Origin: a virus
Lineage: Duplodnaviria; Heunggongvirae; Uroviricota; Caudoviricetes
DNA: 10,392 nucleotides
Virus record (IMG/VR): IMGVR_UViG_2534681697_000028
Location: 1 to 10,392 of that record
Direction: 5' to 3' (one strand)
In this document: piece after piece, positions 1-7,479 of the stretch
How the letters are laid out: each line of letters opens with the position of its first letter
How positions within the stretch are numbered: position 1 is the first letter of the stretch
Position numbers and translations under genes: made by a program
Notes under the pieces: model-generated
The model's database searches: none
Seen by the model: the letters and a program-made list of their open reading frames with translations, nothing else
What the model was told of the DNA's origin: nothing

Positions 1-300
1 TTACCGCCGTAAGTGCTCCGGCTTCCTCCACTGGTAAGTATTTTTCGCGCTCTCCCTCCGTTGTTGAGAACGGCGACGATATGCCAGCAACTCAAGGACT
101 CTTGTTCGTATGTTGCGCATATCCACGCCGTTAAGCTCAATACCGTCACGGCGCATCACCTCAGCCACCACACGCGCGTAATTTTCAGCGGTGACGCTGT
201 CCGGCTGCGTGGCCACCTGTTTGCCTGTTGCCTGACAGATTCCGGTAATACGGCGGATTACTTTCAGTAGTTCGGCGTCGGTCATGGTTATGGTTTCCAT
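1..300 (-). CDS. hypothetical protein (99-aa ORF); probably the C-terminal part of a ~125-aa HTH protein that starts at GTG 385 in another frame
   Basis: Complete ORF with stop at 1-3. Its own ATG at 300 has no Shine-Dalgarno, whereas GTG 385 (track ORF 185..385) has GAGGTG 4 nt upstream and encodes an HTH-like N-terminus (MATQTEVARHLSLTDRQLRRLQKLFP). The two frames meet at a G5 run (307-311); removing one G fuses them in frame. Confidence 0.5.
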   Translation of the reverse strand: METITMTDAELLKVIRRITGICQATGKQVATQPDSVTAENYARVVAEVMRRDGIELNGVDMRNIRTRVLELLAYRRRSQQRRESAKNTYQWRKPEHLRR

Positions 301-463
301 AGTGATGGGGGAACAATTTCTGTAATCTGCGAAGCTGGCGATCGGTCAGACTCAAATGCCTGGCAACTTCAGTCTGAGTAGCCACTGTTCACCTCGCCCA
401 AAAATCTCCCCTCATGCGTTTTAAACATGCATCTTGCGAACAACTTTATGAAACGCGGCATAT

Positions 464-560
464 ATGTCCGGTTTGAGTGTTCAATTTTTGCGCATGTCCG
501 GTTCGCAGAAAGCGCATTTCTATATTTTTCAAATGGTTAACCTTCAGAGAAACCGGACAT
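464..560 (-). promoter_or_regulatory. three copies of a 10-bp motif ATGTCCGGTT (464-473, 494-503 direct; 551-560 inverted) upstream of the gene starting at 385; candidate operator array
   Basis: Exact 10-mer repeated three times in about 100 bp between the capsid-operon terminator and the next gene start. The third copy sits inside the hairpin gaaacc-ggacat-ggtttc (548-565). An 8-bp palindrome ggttaacc lies at 535-542. Confidence 0.45.
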
Positions 561-641
561 GGTTTCCGAAAAATTTTCATAAATAGTGAAATTCTGCGCC
601 GCTCCCGCCCCGTGGCAGGCCACCCCACCGGAAGGACCCGC

Positions 642-665
642 AAAAAAAGCCGGATTTCTCCGGCC
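642..665 (-). terminator. rho-independent terminator of the capsid operon
   Basis: Stem gccgga/tccggc (649-654 / 659-664) with loop tttc, preceded on the plus strand by A7 (642-648), which is a U-run on the minus transcript. It lies directly after the stop of the 137-aa gene at 671. Confidence 0.7.
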
Positions 666-670
666 TTTTC

Positions 671-1084
671 TCAGATGGTTTTCAGTATGCGATCGATTTC
701 GCCGTCATCACCCTGATATCTGCCATCGTATGCCATGCCAGGGCTTACGGCCTGCGGGCTGTGCATGTCCATAAAGTTTTCAAAGGCTGCGGTAAGCTCC
801 GGCGCAACCTTCGGGCGTTCCTGCTCTATGGTCATGTTCAGGATTTCCCGGGCATTATCGACGCTAATACATGGCACGTTTGCCATTGCACGTAACAGCG
901 GCTGATAGTCGTCAGATTCATGAAGCGCCATAATCGCATCAGTGCGCGGCTTGTCCTGCTCTTCCAGTTTGTTAAGTTGATATATAGCCTCGTAGGTTGA
1001 TAAACCTCTGTCCGCCATTGCCCGCGCTTCGGCTTTAAATTTACTCGCTAGCGGTAGCGCCATGATAGCTTCATTGATTGCCAT
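671..1084 (-). CDS. hypothetical protein, 137 aa, last gene of capsid operon
   Basis: ORF with SD AGGGGG 4 nt upstream of ATG 1084; starts 10 nt after the stop of the upstream gene; followed by the terminator. No family recognised by eye. Confidence 0.6.
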   Translation of the reverse strand: MAINEAIMALPLASKFKAEARAMADRGLSTYEAIYQLNKLEEQDKPRTDAIMALHESDDYQPLLRAMANVPCISVDNAREILNMTIEQERPKVAPELTAAFENFMDMHSPQAVSPGMAYDGRYQGDDGEIDRILKTI

Positions 1085-1096
1085 CGTTCCCCCTGC

Positions 1097-1387
1097 TTAT
1101 CGCACCAGTGGCTGAACGGATACGCCAGAACCCGCAAAAGCGGCGCATTTTTTCGCGTCGGTGTCGACGCTCTCGGGCCAGTTAACGGCGGCGATATTAA
1201 ATATCCCCGTCTTGTAACACTGTGCTGATTTCTGCTTTGACGTGTCCACGGGGTACGCCGTCAGATAAACAGCCTTGCCAGATTCCTGACCATCCCACGC
1301 CTTAAACTCGCCATTGTCCGCCAGCATCAGCGGAAAAATGTACCAGCGTCGTGGCAACCTGCTGTGTGCCTGCATATAACTCAACAT
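1097..1387 (-). CDS. hypothetical protein (96-aa ORF); likely true start at ATG 1400 in another frame (apparent frameshift at the A5 run 1334-1338)
   Basis: ATG 1387 has no SD. ATG 1400 lies 11 nt after the capsid gene stop, has a strong SD GGGAGA, and encodes MGTPYVELYAGTQQVATTLVHF before stopping after 32 aa. Removing one base of the A5 run joins it in frame to the 96-aa ORF. Confidence 0.5.
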   Translation of the reverse strand: MLSYMQAHSRLPRRWYIFPLMLADNGEFKAWDGQESGKAVYLTAYPVDTSKQKSAQCYKTGIFNIAAVNWPESVDTDAKKCAAFAGSGVSVQPLVR

Positions 1388-1411
1388 ATGGAGTGCCCAT
1401 AGAATCTCCCG

Positions 1412-2467
1412 TTAACCAATTTTCACAGTAACAAATTTGCGGATATCTGCCGGAACCGGCTGTGGTGCGCTGTGCGTCTGCACGTACTCAATCGCCGGAT
1501 CGCCGCTCTCAATCCAGTTTTTCGGGTAGTACATGTTTTGCGTTGCGCCCGTTCTTACCGCTTCCGGATCCATAATCGCGCCATAGGCCACCAGACCTTT
1601 ATTGCTGGTGTTGCCTAGGACAAGCAAATCAGGCTCAAGGAAATATTTTTCGGTGCCGTCGCTGTCGGTGTATTTGCCGGAATAGACGATAAGGGCCAGA
1701 TCACCCAGATAGCCTTTAAAGCTCACCACTTCGCCCAGGTTTTTACACGCCAGCTCTGCGGCGGATTCTGAACCACGGGAAAGATCGTACAGCTCGCGGA
1801 ATTTTTTAAAGCTACGTAAGGTGCGCCATACGTCAGCGCCCATAATCATGACGTTGGCGGGGCAGCTGGCCTGTTCGGCGTATAGCTCGATGTCATCTGT
1901 CGGATCATGCGTCTCTTTATTCTGCTCAGACCATTTTTTTCCTGGCCCCTGATGGACAATGCAGTTTGCCGGCATATTCCAGTCGATTTCATAGCGTTCT
2001 ATGCCTTCGCCTTCAATGATGTTTTTTCCGGTCGTGACCGCATTCACTGCCAGCCATTCCACACGCGCTTTAATGGCGTTTATCTGGCGGCGCATGTTGC
2101 CAGTAATGAGGCGCATACGTCGCCAGGTGGGGTCGTTAAGCAGTGCCGGATCTTCTCCAGCCATGCGCATGATGGTTTTTGATGGATCGATTTCGTGTTT
2201 GGGTTTCATGTAGCCAGGGCGGATAGTGCTTGTTTCGTACCCTTTATCACGCTGAACCTGGCTACCCACCACAGGCGAACAAAACGCCGACATGGTGACT
2301 TCTTCAATGTCCAGGGTATCCAGCATGACATCTTGTGTGTTGAAGGTTGCTACTTTCGGGAAAAACAGCGTGGTAAACAGCGGACTGAATTTAAATTCCG
2401 GGATATCCCCGCGATTCAGGTACGCGAAAAGCTGGTTAGTGTTAAGTGCCGTTGCTTTGTCTGCCAT
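1412..2467 (-). CDS. phage major capsid protein, lambda gpE family
   Basis: 351 aa, close to lambda gpE length (~341 aa as recalled), with recognisable gpE-like blocks: KFSPLF..FF, PGYMKPKHE, DPTDDIE, FRSFKKF, RGSESAAE, YKGYLGD..IVYSGKY, VLGNTS..GL.AYG, YPKNW..GDPA.EY. Start overlaps the upstream ORF stop (TAATG). Confidence 0.9.
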   Translation of the reverse strand: MADKATALNTNQLFAYLNRGDIPEFKFSPLFTTLFFPKVATFNTQDVMLDTLDIEEVTMSAFCSPVVGSQVQRDKGYETSTIRPGYMKPKHEIDPSKTIMRMAGEDPALLNDPTWRRMRLITGNMRRQINAIKARVEWLAVNAVTTGKNIIEGEGIERYEIDWNMPANCIVHQGPGKKWSEQNKETHDPTDDIELYAEQASCPANVMIMGADVWRTLRSFKKFRELYDLSRGSESAAELACKNLGEVVSFKGYLGDLALIVYSGKYTDSDGTEKYFLEPDLLVLGNTSNKGLVAYGAIMDPEAVRTGATQNMYYPKNWIESGDPAIEYVQTHSAPQPVPADIRKFVTVKIG

Positions 2468-2673
2468 TATTCACCCCCATGAGTCTGATTCATGCCAAGC
2501 GCCGCACGTAAATAGGCGCGTACCTGCCAGCCTGTTGACGGCTCAACCATCGCCAGCGGATCAAGTCCTGCCGCAATGCCCGCTTTTACGTTCTGCTGGT
2601 GGCGTTCCTTGAGCGCCTCCACGATATCGGGGCTTATGTAAACTGTCACCCCGCCTTTTTTCTCTTCTGTCAT
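2467..2673 (-). CDS. hypothetical small protein, 68 aa, first gene of capsid operon
   Basis: ATG 2673 with SD GAGGAA upstream; stop overlaps the capsid gene start (translational coupling). N-terminus GVTVYISPDIVEALKER has a strand-helix pattern; no firm family. Confidence 0.6.
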   Translation of the reverse strand: MTEEKKGGVTVYISPDIVEALKERHQQNVKAGIAAGLDPLAMVEPSTGWQVRAYLRAALGMNQTHGGE

Positions 2674-2700
2674 AGTCAGAAATTCCTCTTCGACTTAAAA

Positions 2701-2732
2701 AATTATAACTGGATGTACATCCAGTTATAATT
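2701..2732. promoter_or_regulatory. 32-bp perfect palindrome aattataactggatgtacatccagttataatt overlapping divergent -10-like hexamers; candidate operator of the capsid operon promoter
   Basis: Verified base by base as a perfect inverted repeat. TATAAT on the plus strand at 2732-2737 and on the minus strand at 2735..2730. Centre lies ~44 nt upstream of the start at 2673. Confidence 0.6.
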
Positions 2733-2835
2733 ATAATCATAGTTGCATTTTGCGCAATAGAATTGAGTTGCGTTGCAAATTATGAAATGATTTACGGCAA
2801 CAGTAGTCACCATGCTGTTAACCTCGTAAGCAAAA

Positions 2836-2874
2836 GCCCGATAAGCTTCCTCCTGTACTTATCGGGCTTTTTTT
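2836..2874 (+). terminator. rho-independent terminator (plus-strand T7 tail; may also act on minus strand)
   Basis: Stem gcccgataag / cttatcgggc (2836-2845 / 2858-2867) followed by T7 (2868-2874); on the minus strand it is followed by TTTTG. Confidence 0.6.
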
Positions 2875-2880
2875 GGGTAC

Positions 2881-2902
2881 AAAAAGCCGGATTTTCTCCG
2901 GC
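2881..2902 (-). terminator. rho-independent terminator after the SSB-tail gene
   Basis: Stem gccgga/tccggc (2886-2891 / 2897-2902) with A5 (2881-2885) on the plus strand, a U-run on the minus transcript. Near-identical in sequence to the hairpin at 649-664. Confidence 0.6.
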
Positions 2903-2910
2903 CTGTGCGT

Positions 2911-3280
2911 TCAGAACGGAATATCATCACCGTAGGGGTCATCGTCTCCCGCTGGTGGCTGATTACCCTGTGTGCCTGTGGTTTTGCGTCTGTTCCCGCT
3001 AGGGCGTGCCGCTCGGGCACTGATTACGCTGTCGGCAATAACCTGATAACCCTGCCGCGTTTCCCCGTTCTGTCAGCGTGGCAAAGTTTGCCGCTGCTGT
3101 GGTCATGAATGCGCTTATCAGGTCGGGATGTTCCTTCGCGTATCCTTCCCCCGCGTGGCGGTCTATCGTTCTGATTGCCACCTTTAAAGCGTGCTCTGTC
3201 ATGTCTAACGCGCGATATTTCGGTTCTGTTCTGTCTCTGCGTTTTTTGAGTGATTTATTAAATTTTCCTGAAGTGTGCAT
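2911..3280 (-). pseudogene. small protein with SSB-like C-terminal tail (Gly/Gln/Pro-rich linker ending DDDPYGDDIPF), apparently frameshifted near the C4 run 3063-3066
   Basis: 93-aa ORF (3280..2999) in one frame. A second frame with no start codon is open 3072..2914 and encodes ...RPSGNRRKTTGTQGNQPPAGDDDPYGDDIPF-stop, resembling the E. coli SSB tail (...DFDDDIPF). Removing one base of the run fuses the two. The N-terminal part does not look like an OB fold. Confidence 0.55.
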
Positions 3281-3327
3281 GTTTATTTTTACCCCCTCGT
3301 TTAAAAAGTTTTGAGTTGTGCCTCCCC

Positions 3328-3555
3328 TTGTCTACCTTATCTACCTTGCTGGCCCTCATGCCAGTAATGGCGCGGCTTTCAGCGGGGTAGAGTGCTTTTA
3401 TCCACTATCTACCCCGTGTCTACCTCCCTGTCTGATTCAGGTAAAATCAGGTAGAGAGGGTAGATAGTGGGTAGACAGTAAAAAAAAGCTGTCTACCTAA
3501 CTTAATGTACTGAATTAAATGTATTTTCCTTTACTCAGGTAGACAGGGTAGACAG
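3328..3555. repeat. iteron array, putative origin of replication (consensus GGTAGACAG / CTGTCTACC)
   Basis: At least 11 copies of the core TCTACC/GGTAGA in both orientations (e.g. 3331-3336, 3340-3345, 3408-3413, 3419-3424, 3492-3497; 3386-3391, 3450-3455, 3459-3464, 3470-3475, tandem 3538-3546 and 3547-3555) plus an AT-rich stretch at 3478-3530, immediately 3' of the primase gene. Confidence 0.75.
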
Positions 3556-3568
3556 CAATTACAAAAAA

Positions 3569-5323
3569 TTATAAAAACGCGTCGCACTCGTCTGTTGTTA
3601 TTGCGTTAGTCTGCGTTACCCCCTTAACTTTCCGCGTAATATATTCATGTCCGTAAACTTTTGCGGCAGGCTTCATAGCCTTGCCAAAGTCATTTACGTT
3701 TAGCGGTTTGCTCCTGCCTGCGTATGCCATAAACGCCAGATAGACGCGGTAAAGGCTGTTCCTGGTCGTGTACTTCACTGAATCACCACCGCCACCCATC
3801 ATCAGGCCGCGCGCTTCCTCCAGAAAATTCAGGAACTGGCAAAACTCAATAACCGGATCCGTCTGTTGCTTTATTGCCAGTGCTTCATCACCGTCATGCT
3901 GTTCCAGTAGTAAAGCCCGTGCCTTCTCAGGGTCGGTAAAGTTCGCCAGCAATCGGCGGATAATAACGGGGATTTCAGCCGCAATCTTTTCCGGTAGCTC
4001 CCTGTCTTTTTCGGCCTCACTGACGATATTGTCGAAACGGAAAATCACGCGACGACGTGCCACACCTCCGGCCCGTTCGGTGAATATCATCGGGTTGTTG
4101 TCGGTCGCCAGCACCACCGCCCTGATTACCGCCGTGAAACGCTTTTCATATTTCGGGTTAATTTCCACGGGGTCGCCGCCCGTGATTTTCTTGATGCCCG
4201 TTCCTTCGCCTGTATATTTCGGCTGGTCAGCCAGGACGATAAGACGACTCCCGACAACCTGCGCACGTCCACCAGCATCATCAAGCGATGTCATTTCAGC
4301 GCTTACCGTGTTCTGTTTCCCTGCCAGAAGGCTGGCTATGTGTGTGAATGTACTTTTACCGCTCCCGCCGTCTCCGGTGGCCTCAATAAACATCTGCCAG
4401 TCGTACCGGTTCGCCATAATCATGTAAAGCGCGGCACATATGCGCATCATCTTGCGCGGGTCTTTTCCGGCTGCGTGATCAAGCCATTTATGAAAGTTTG
4501 GCGCGTTGTCGCGGATATTCTCCCCTGGTGCTGGTGGCGTGTACTCAATGCCGTTGTGCGTGGTGATCCAGTTCTCCGGCGTGTGCGGGGAAAATTCCCC
4601 CGTTTTCAGGTTAAGCACACCATTAGTGAACGGTAGCAAATCACTGGACGGCTCGCCCATCGGGTCAGCAATAACTTTTAACGCTTCAACGGCGTTATTA
4701 ATTGCCCGCTTGCTGAATGTGGCCCCGTGTTCTGAATAAACCGCCACCATTTCGCGGCTCAGTTCCATTGTGCTGACCGGACACCATATCCCGCCGCGCC
4801 ATACGTGAACGATTTCACTTTCCGGATGCACACAAACGCCATCAAATCGACCAGCAAGCATCTGTGCGCGCTCACTGTCTGCCATCTGCGAAAGTTGCGC
4901 CTTTTGCTTTACCGGAAGCTCAATGACCAGACCATCAGAAAGATTCTGGCGTTCACGGGCCAGATATTCGCGCCAGTTCTGCACCTCCTGGCCGTGCATA
5001 CCCTCAAGATAAAAATTTGCATCCTGTACACCTGCCGCCGCCAGCTTCTGACCAATCGCCTTGATCATTACAGGCTCAAGATGTCCGGCTCTGTATATGC
5101 GTGCTGATTTTCTGCCATCCGGCACAATTTGCAGATTATCCAGTTCGGATAGCTGCTGCTCTCCAAGCCACACAGGAGGCTCATTATCTCCGGCTGTACG
5201 CGCGTCATGTTCCTGCCACTGTTTCGCGTGTGCCCAGGCATCACTACCCGCAAAGATAATTACCTCTGTGTCTTTGTGTTTTATTCCGCGTGGCTGTTTT
5301 TTTACGTTCGGTGCCAGTTTCAT
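3569..5323 (-). CDS. P4-family primase/helicase (D5-like SF3 NTPase) replication protein
   Basis: 584-aa ORF with Walker A GDGGSGKST and downstream VLADQP / VLATDNNP motifs typical of phage/plasmid primase-helicases. SD AGGGG; start overlaps the upstream ORF stop (ATGA). Sits beside the iteron origin. Confidence 0.88.
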   Translation of the reverse strand: MKLAPNVKKQPRGIKHKDTEVIIFAGSDAWAHAKQWQEHDARTAGDNEPPVWLGEQQLSELDNLQIVPDGRKSARIYRAGHLEPVMIKAIGQKLAAAGVQDANFYLEGMHGQEVQNWREYLARERQNLSDGLVIELPVKQKAQLSQMADSERAQMLAGRFDGVCVHPESEIVHVWRGGIWCPVSTMELSREMVAVYSEHGATFSKRAINNAVEALKVIADPMGEPSSDLLPFTNGVLNLKTGEFSPHTPENWITTHNGIEYTPPAPGENIRDNAPNFHKWLDHAAGKDPRKMMRICAALYMIMANRYDWQMFIEATGDGGSGKSTFTHIASLLAGKQNTVSAEMTSLDDAGGRAQVVGSRLIVLADQPKYTGEGTGIKKITGGDPVEINPKYEKRFTAVIRAVVLATDNNPMIFTERAGGVARRRVIFRFDNIVSEAEKDRELPEKIAAEIPVIIRRLLANFTDPEKARALLLEQHDGDEALAIKQQTDPVIEFCQFLNFLEEARGLMMGGGGDSVKYTTRNSLYRVYLAFMAYAGRSKPLNVNDFGKAMKPAAKVYGHEYITRKVKGVTQTNAITTDECDAFL

Positions 5324-5619
5324 TTTTTACCCCTGAATACGTTAAGCATCTTTTTTATTTCCTGAATATTGGCGCGTGCTTTCTCCCTGCTGGTGGGCAC
5401 GTTACGCGGTACGGCCTGCACAAGAGAAAAATCACGGTCGAACTGATAAACAGGCATCACGCAATCATATTCGTAGCCTTCACGACGGTAGGTTACGCGC
5501 CGTTCCTCCACGCCCTTAATTATTACCGTGCCGCCGTACTTATCGCGGTAAATATCCCCGCGCATGAATTTAGTGCGAGTTTTGCCGCTGGCAGTTAAGC
5601 CAGGATATTTAAGTTTCAT
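5320..5619 (-). CDS. hypothetical protein, 99 aa, translationally coupled to the primase
   Basis: ORF with SD GGAGAA 9 nt upstream of ATG 5619; stop overlaps the primase start. Positionally analogous to small accessory genes upstream of the P4 alpha gene, but no sequence identification. Confidence 0.6.
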   Translation of the reverse strand: MKLKYPGLTASGKTRTKFMRGDIYRDKYGGTVIIKGVEERRVTYRREGYEYDCVMPVYQFDRDFSLVQAVPRNVPTSREKARANIQEIKKMLNVFRGKK

Positions 5620-5624
5620 TATTT

Positions 5625-5858
5625 TTATTCTCCGGTGTGGGGCGCTTTATACTGGTCGTGTAATGTCTCTATTTCCTGCAACTCATTTATTACAGACTCA
5701 AGAAGCGTTATTAATGCCGTGACAATCCTTGATTTCTGTTTATCACGCTCATTATCGCCAAATGTTTCCAGACACATTTGCAATATTTCCAACATATTTT
5801 CACTGTGAGAAAGTGCAAGAAATGCGCGGTCTGTTATTTCAATGTAAATATCACGCAT
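5625..5858 (-). CDS. hypothetical protein, 77 aa, first gene of the replication operon
   Basis: ORF ending 6 nt before the next gene's start; weak SD (GGGG). Function unknown. Confidence 0.5.
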   Translation of the reverse strand: MRDIYIEITDRAFLALSHSENMLEILQMCLETFGDNERDKQKSRIVTALITLLESVINELQEIETLHDQYKAPHTGE

Positions 5859-5894
5859 AACCCCGTTACTTTATTCGTACCCCTTATAATGGGG

Positions 5895-7440
5895 TGTTAG
5901 CCAGCCAGACCCGGCATGATTACTGCCCCCAGTCGTCCATGATCCGGGGGGTGATGTCACCGGGTCTGGTGGGGCGCTGGTAACCGCTAATAGGGGTCAG
6001 GTCAGGCACTTTTGCCGGGACCGTCTGTAACGTGGATGCCGGTACCTGCTCCCCGTGGTTATCTGGTTAACCCATATACAAGGGAGACAGAATGACCGAA
6101 TCCAGCGATTACGAATCCGTCCAGGTCTTTATCGGCGTTGATGTCGGTAAAGATACGCATCACGCTGTTGCCATTAATCGTTCAGGTAAACGCCTGTTCG
6201 ATAAAGCATTACCCAACGACGAAAACAAACTCAGGTCGCTAATATCTGACCTGAAACAACATGGTCAGATACTGCTGGTTGTTGATCAGCCAGCTACCAT
6301 CGGTGCGTTACCTGTCGCCGTTGCCCGCTCAGAAGGAGTCCTTGTCGGATACCTCCCTGGACTGGCCATGCGCCGCATAGCCGACTTACACGCCGGTGAA
6401 GCTAAAACTGATGCTCGTGACGCTGCCATCATTGCCGAAGCTGCCCGTACCCTGCCTCACGCGCTACGCACGCTGAAACTGGCTGACGAGCAAATCGCCG
6501 AACTCTCCATGCTCTGCGGCTTCGATGATGATCTTGCCGCACAGAAACGCAGGCCAGCAACCGTATCCGCGGCCTTCTGACCCAGATACATCCGGCACTG
6601 GAGCGCGTTCTCGGTCCGAGACTTGAGCACCCGGCGGTACTCGATCTTCTCCAGCGATATCCCTCACCAGAAAAACTCGCTTCGCTGGGTGAGAAGAAGC
6701 TGGCAGCCCAGCTCTGCAAACTTGCGCCTCGTCTGGGTAAACGCCTTGCAGCAGACATAGCTCAGGCACTGGCCGAACAAACCGTCGTCGTTCCCGGCAC
6801 GAATGCCGCTGCCGTAGTACTGCCACGTCTGGCACTCCAGCTCATCACGCTGCGTAAGCAAAGAGACGAGGTGGCGCTTGAGGTAGAACAGCGAGTTCTT
6901 GCTCACCCTCTTTACCCGGTCCTGACCAGTATGCCCGGAGTCGGTGTCAGGAGCGCAGCCAGACTCCTCACCGAGGTCGCCTGCCGCGCCTTCGCCTCTG
7001 CCGTACATCTCGCTGCTTATGCTGGCCTTGCGCCGGTAACTCGGCGATCCGGCTCGTCAATACGCGGTGAGCATCCCCCGCGACGGGGTAATAAAGCTCT
7101 CAAACGGGCGTTGTTCCTGTCGGCCTTCGCCGCGCTCAGGGATCCGCTCTCCAGGGCTTACTACACCCGCAAAATGAGTCAGGGAAAACGACACAATCAG
7201 GCGCTTATCGCCCTGGCGAGACGACGCTGCGACGTTCTGTTCGCCATGATGCGCGACGGGACTTTTTATACCCCGCAGGGGTCATAACATGCTTGACAAC
7301 TTAATAGGGGCACGTTACGCCCCGCCATAATGCGGGTATGGGTAGGTTTACGGACACAAAAAAACCGCATATCGGAATGTAAGCGGCTGTCCGCTTTGCT
7401 ATTCAGGCTGTCAAACCCGGTCGCCATGTGGGCGACGGGG
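5895..7440 (+). mobile_element. IS110-family insertion sequence (boundaries approximate)
   Basis: Contains the IS110-type transposase reading frame 6092..7287 with non-coding flanks. The family lacks terminal inverted repeats, so the ends cannot be fixed by eye. Confidence 0.7.
6092..7287 (+). pseudogene. IS110-family transposase (DEDD-type recombinase), split by an apparent 1-nt deletion in the A-run 6545-6547
   Basis: N-terminal ORF 6092..6580 carries the DEDD/RuvC-like start FIGVDVGKDTHHAVAI. The conserved continuation ...TQASNRIRGLLTQIHPALERVLGP... and the C-terminal MPGVGVRSAARLL...AAYAGLAPVTRRSGSS block are in a frame open from 6532 to 7287. SD AGGGAG precedes ATG 6092. Confidence 0.85.
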
Positions 7441-7479
7441 GAAGAATACAGCCCCACGGTAATTTTTTGCAAGTTGTTT

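Noticed and set aside
1907-2612. Plus-strand ORFs 1907..2182, 2001..2213, 2195..2482 and 2292..2612
   Set aside because: They are antisense shadows of the well-supported capsid gene, with no SD and biased composition.
2701-2732. Canonical LexA (SOS) box
   Set aside because: The CTG-N10-CAG spacing fits, but the strongly conserved T and A of CTGT/ACAG are G and C here, so canonical LexA binding cannot be claimed from sequence alone.
2763-3108. Plus-strand ORFs 2763..3002 and 2905..3108
   Set aside because: They read straight through two terminator hairpins and are antisense to the SSB-tail gene, so coding is unlikely.
3328-3555. Repeat array considered as CRISPR
   Set aside because: The repeats are only 6-9 bp, occur in both orientations with irregular spacing and no spacer-like unique segments, and lie next to a primase gene. 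That is an iteron origin, not CRISPR.
3768-5336. Plus-strand ORFs of 77-219 aa inside the primase region
   Set aside because: They are antisense to the primase/helicase gene and are Ser/Pro/Arg-rich with no start signals.
6532-6580. Programmed ribosomal frameshifting in the IS110 transposase
   Set aside because: There is no slippery heptamer or downstream structure, IS110-family transposases are not known to frameshift, and a single-base indel in the A-run explains it.
6429-7008. Minus-strand ORFs 6429..6758, 6464..6835 and 6664..7008
   Set aside because: They are antisense to the IS110 transposase frame and are Arg/Ser-rich shadow ORFs.
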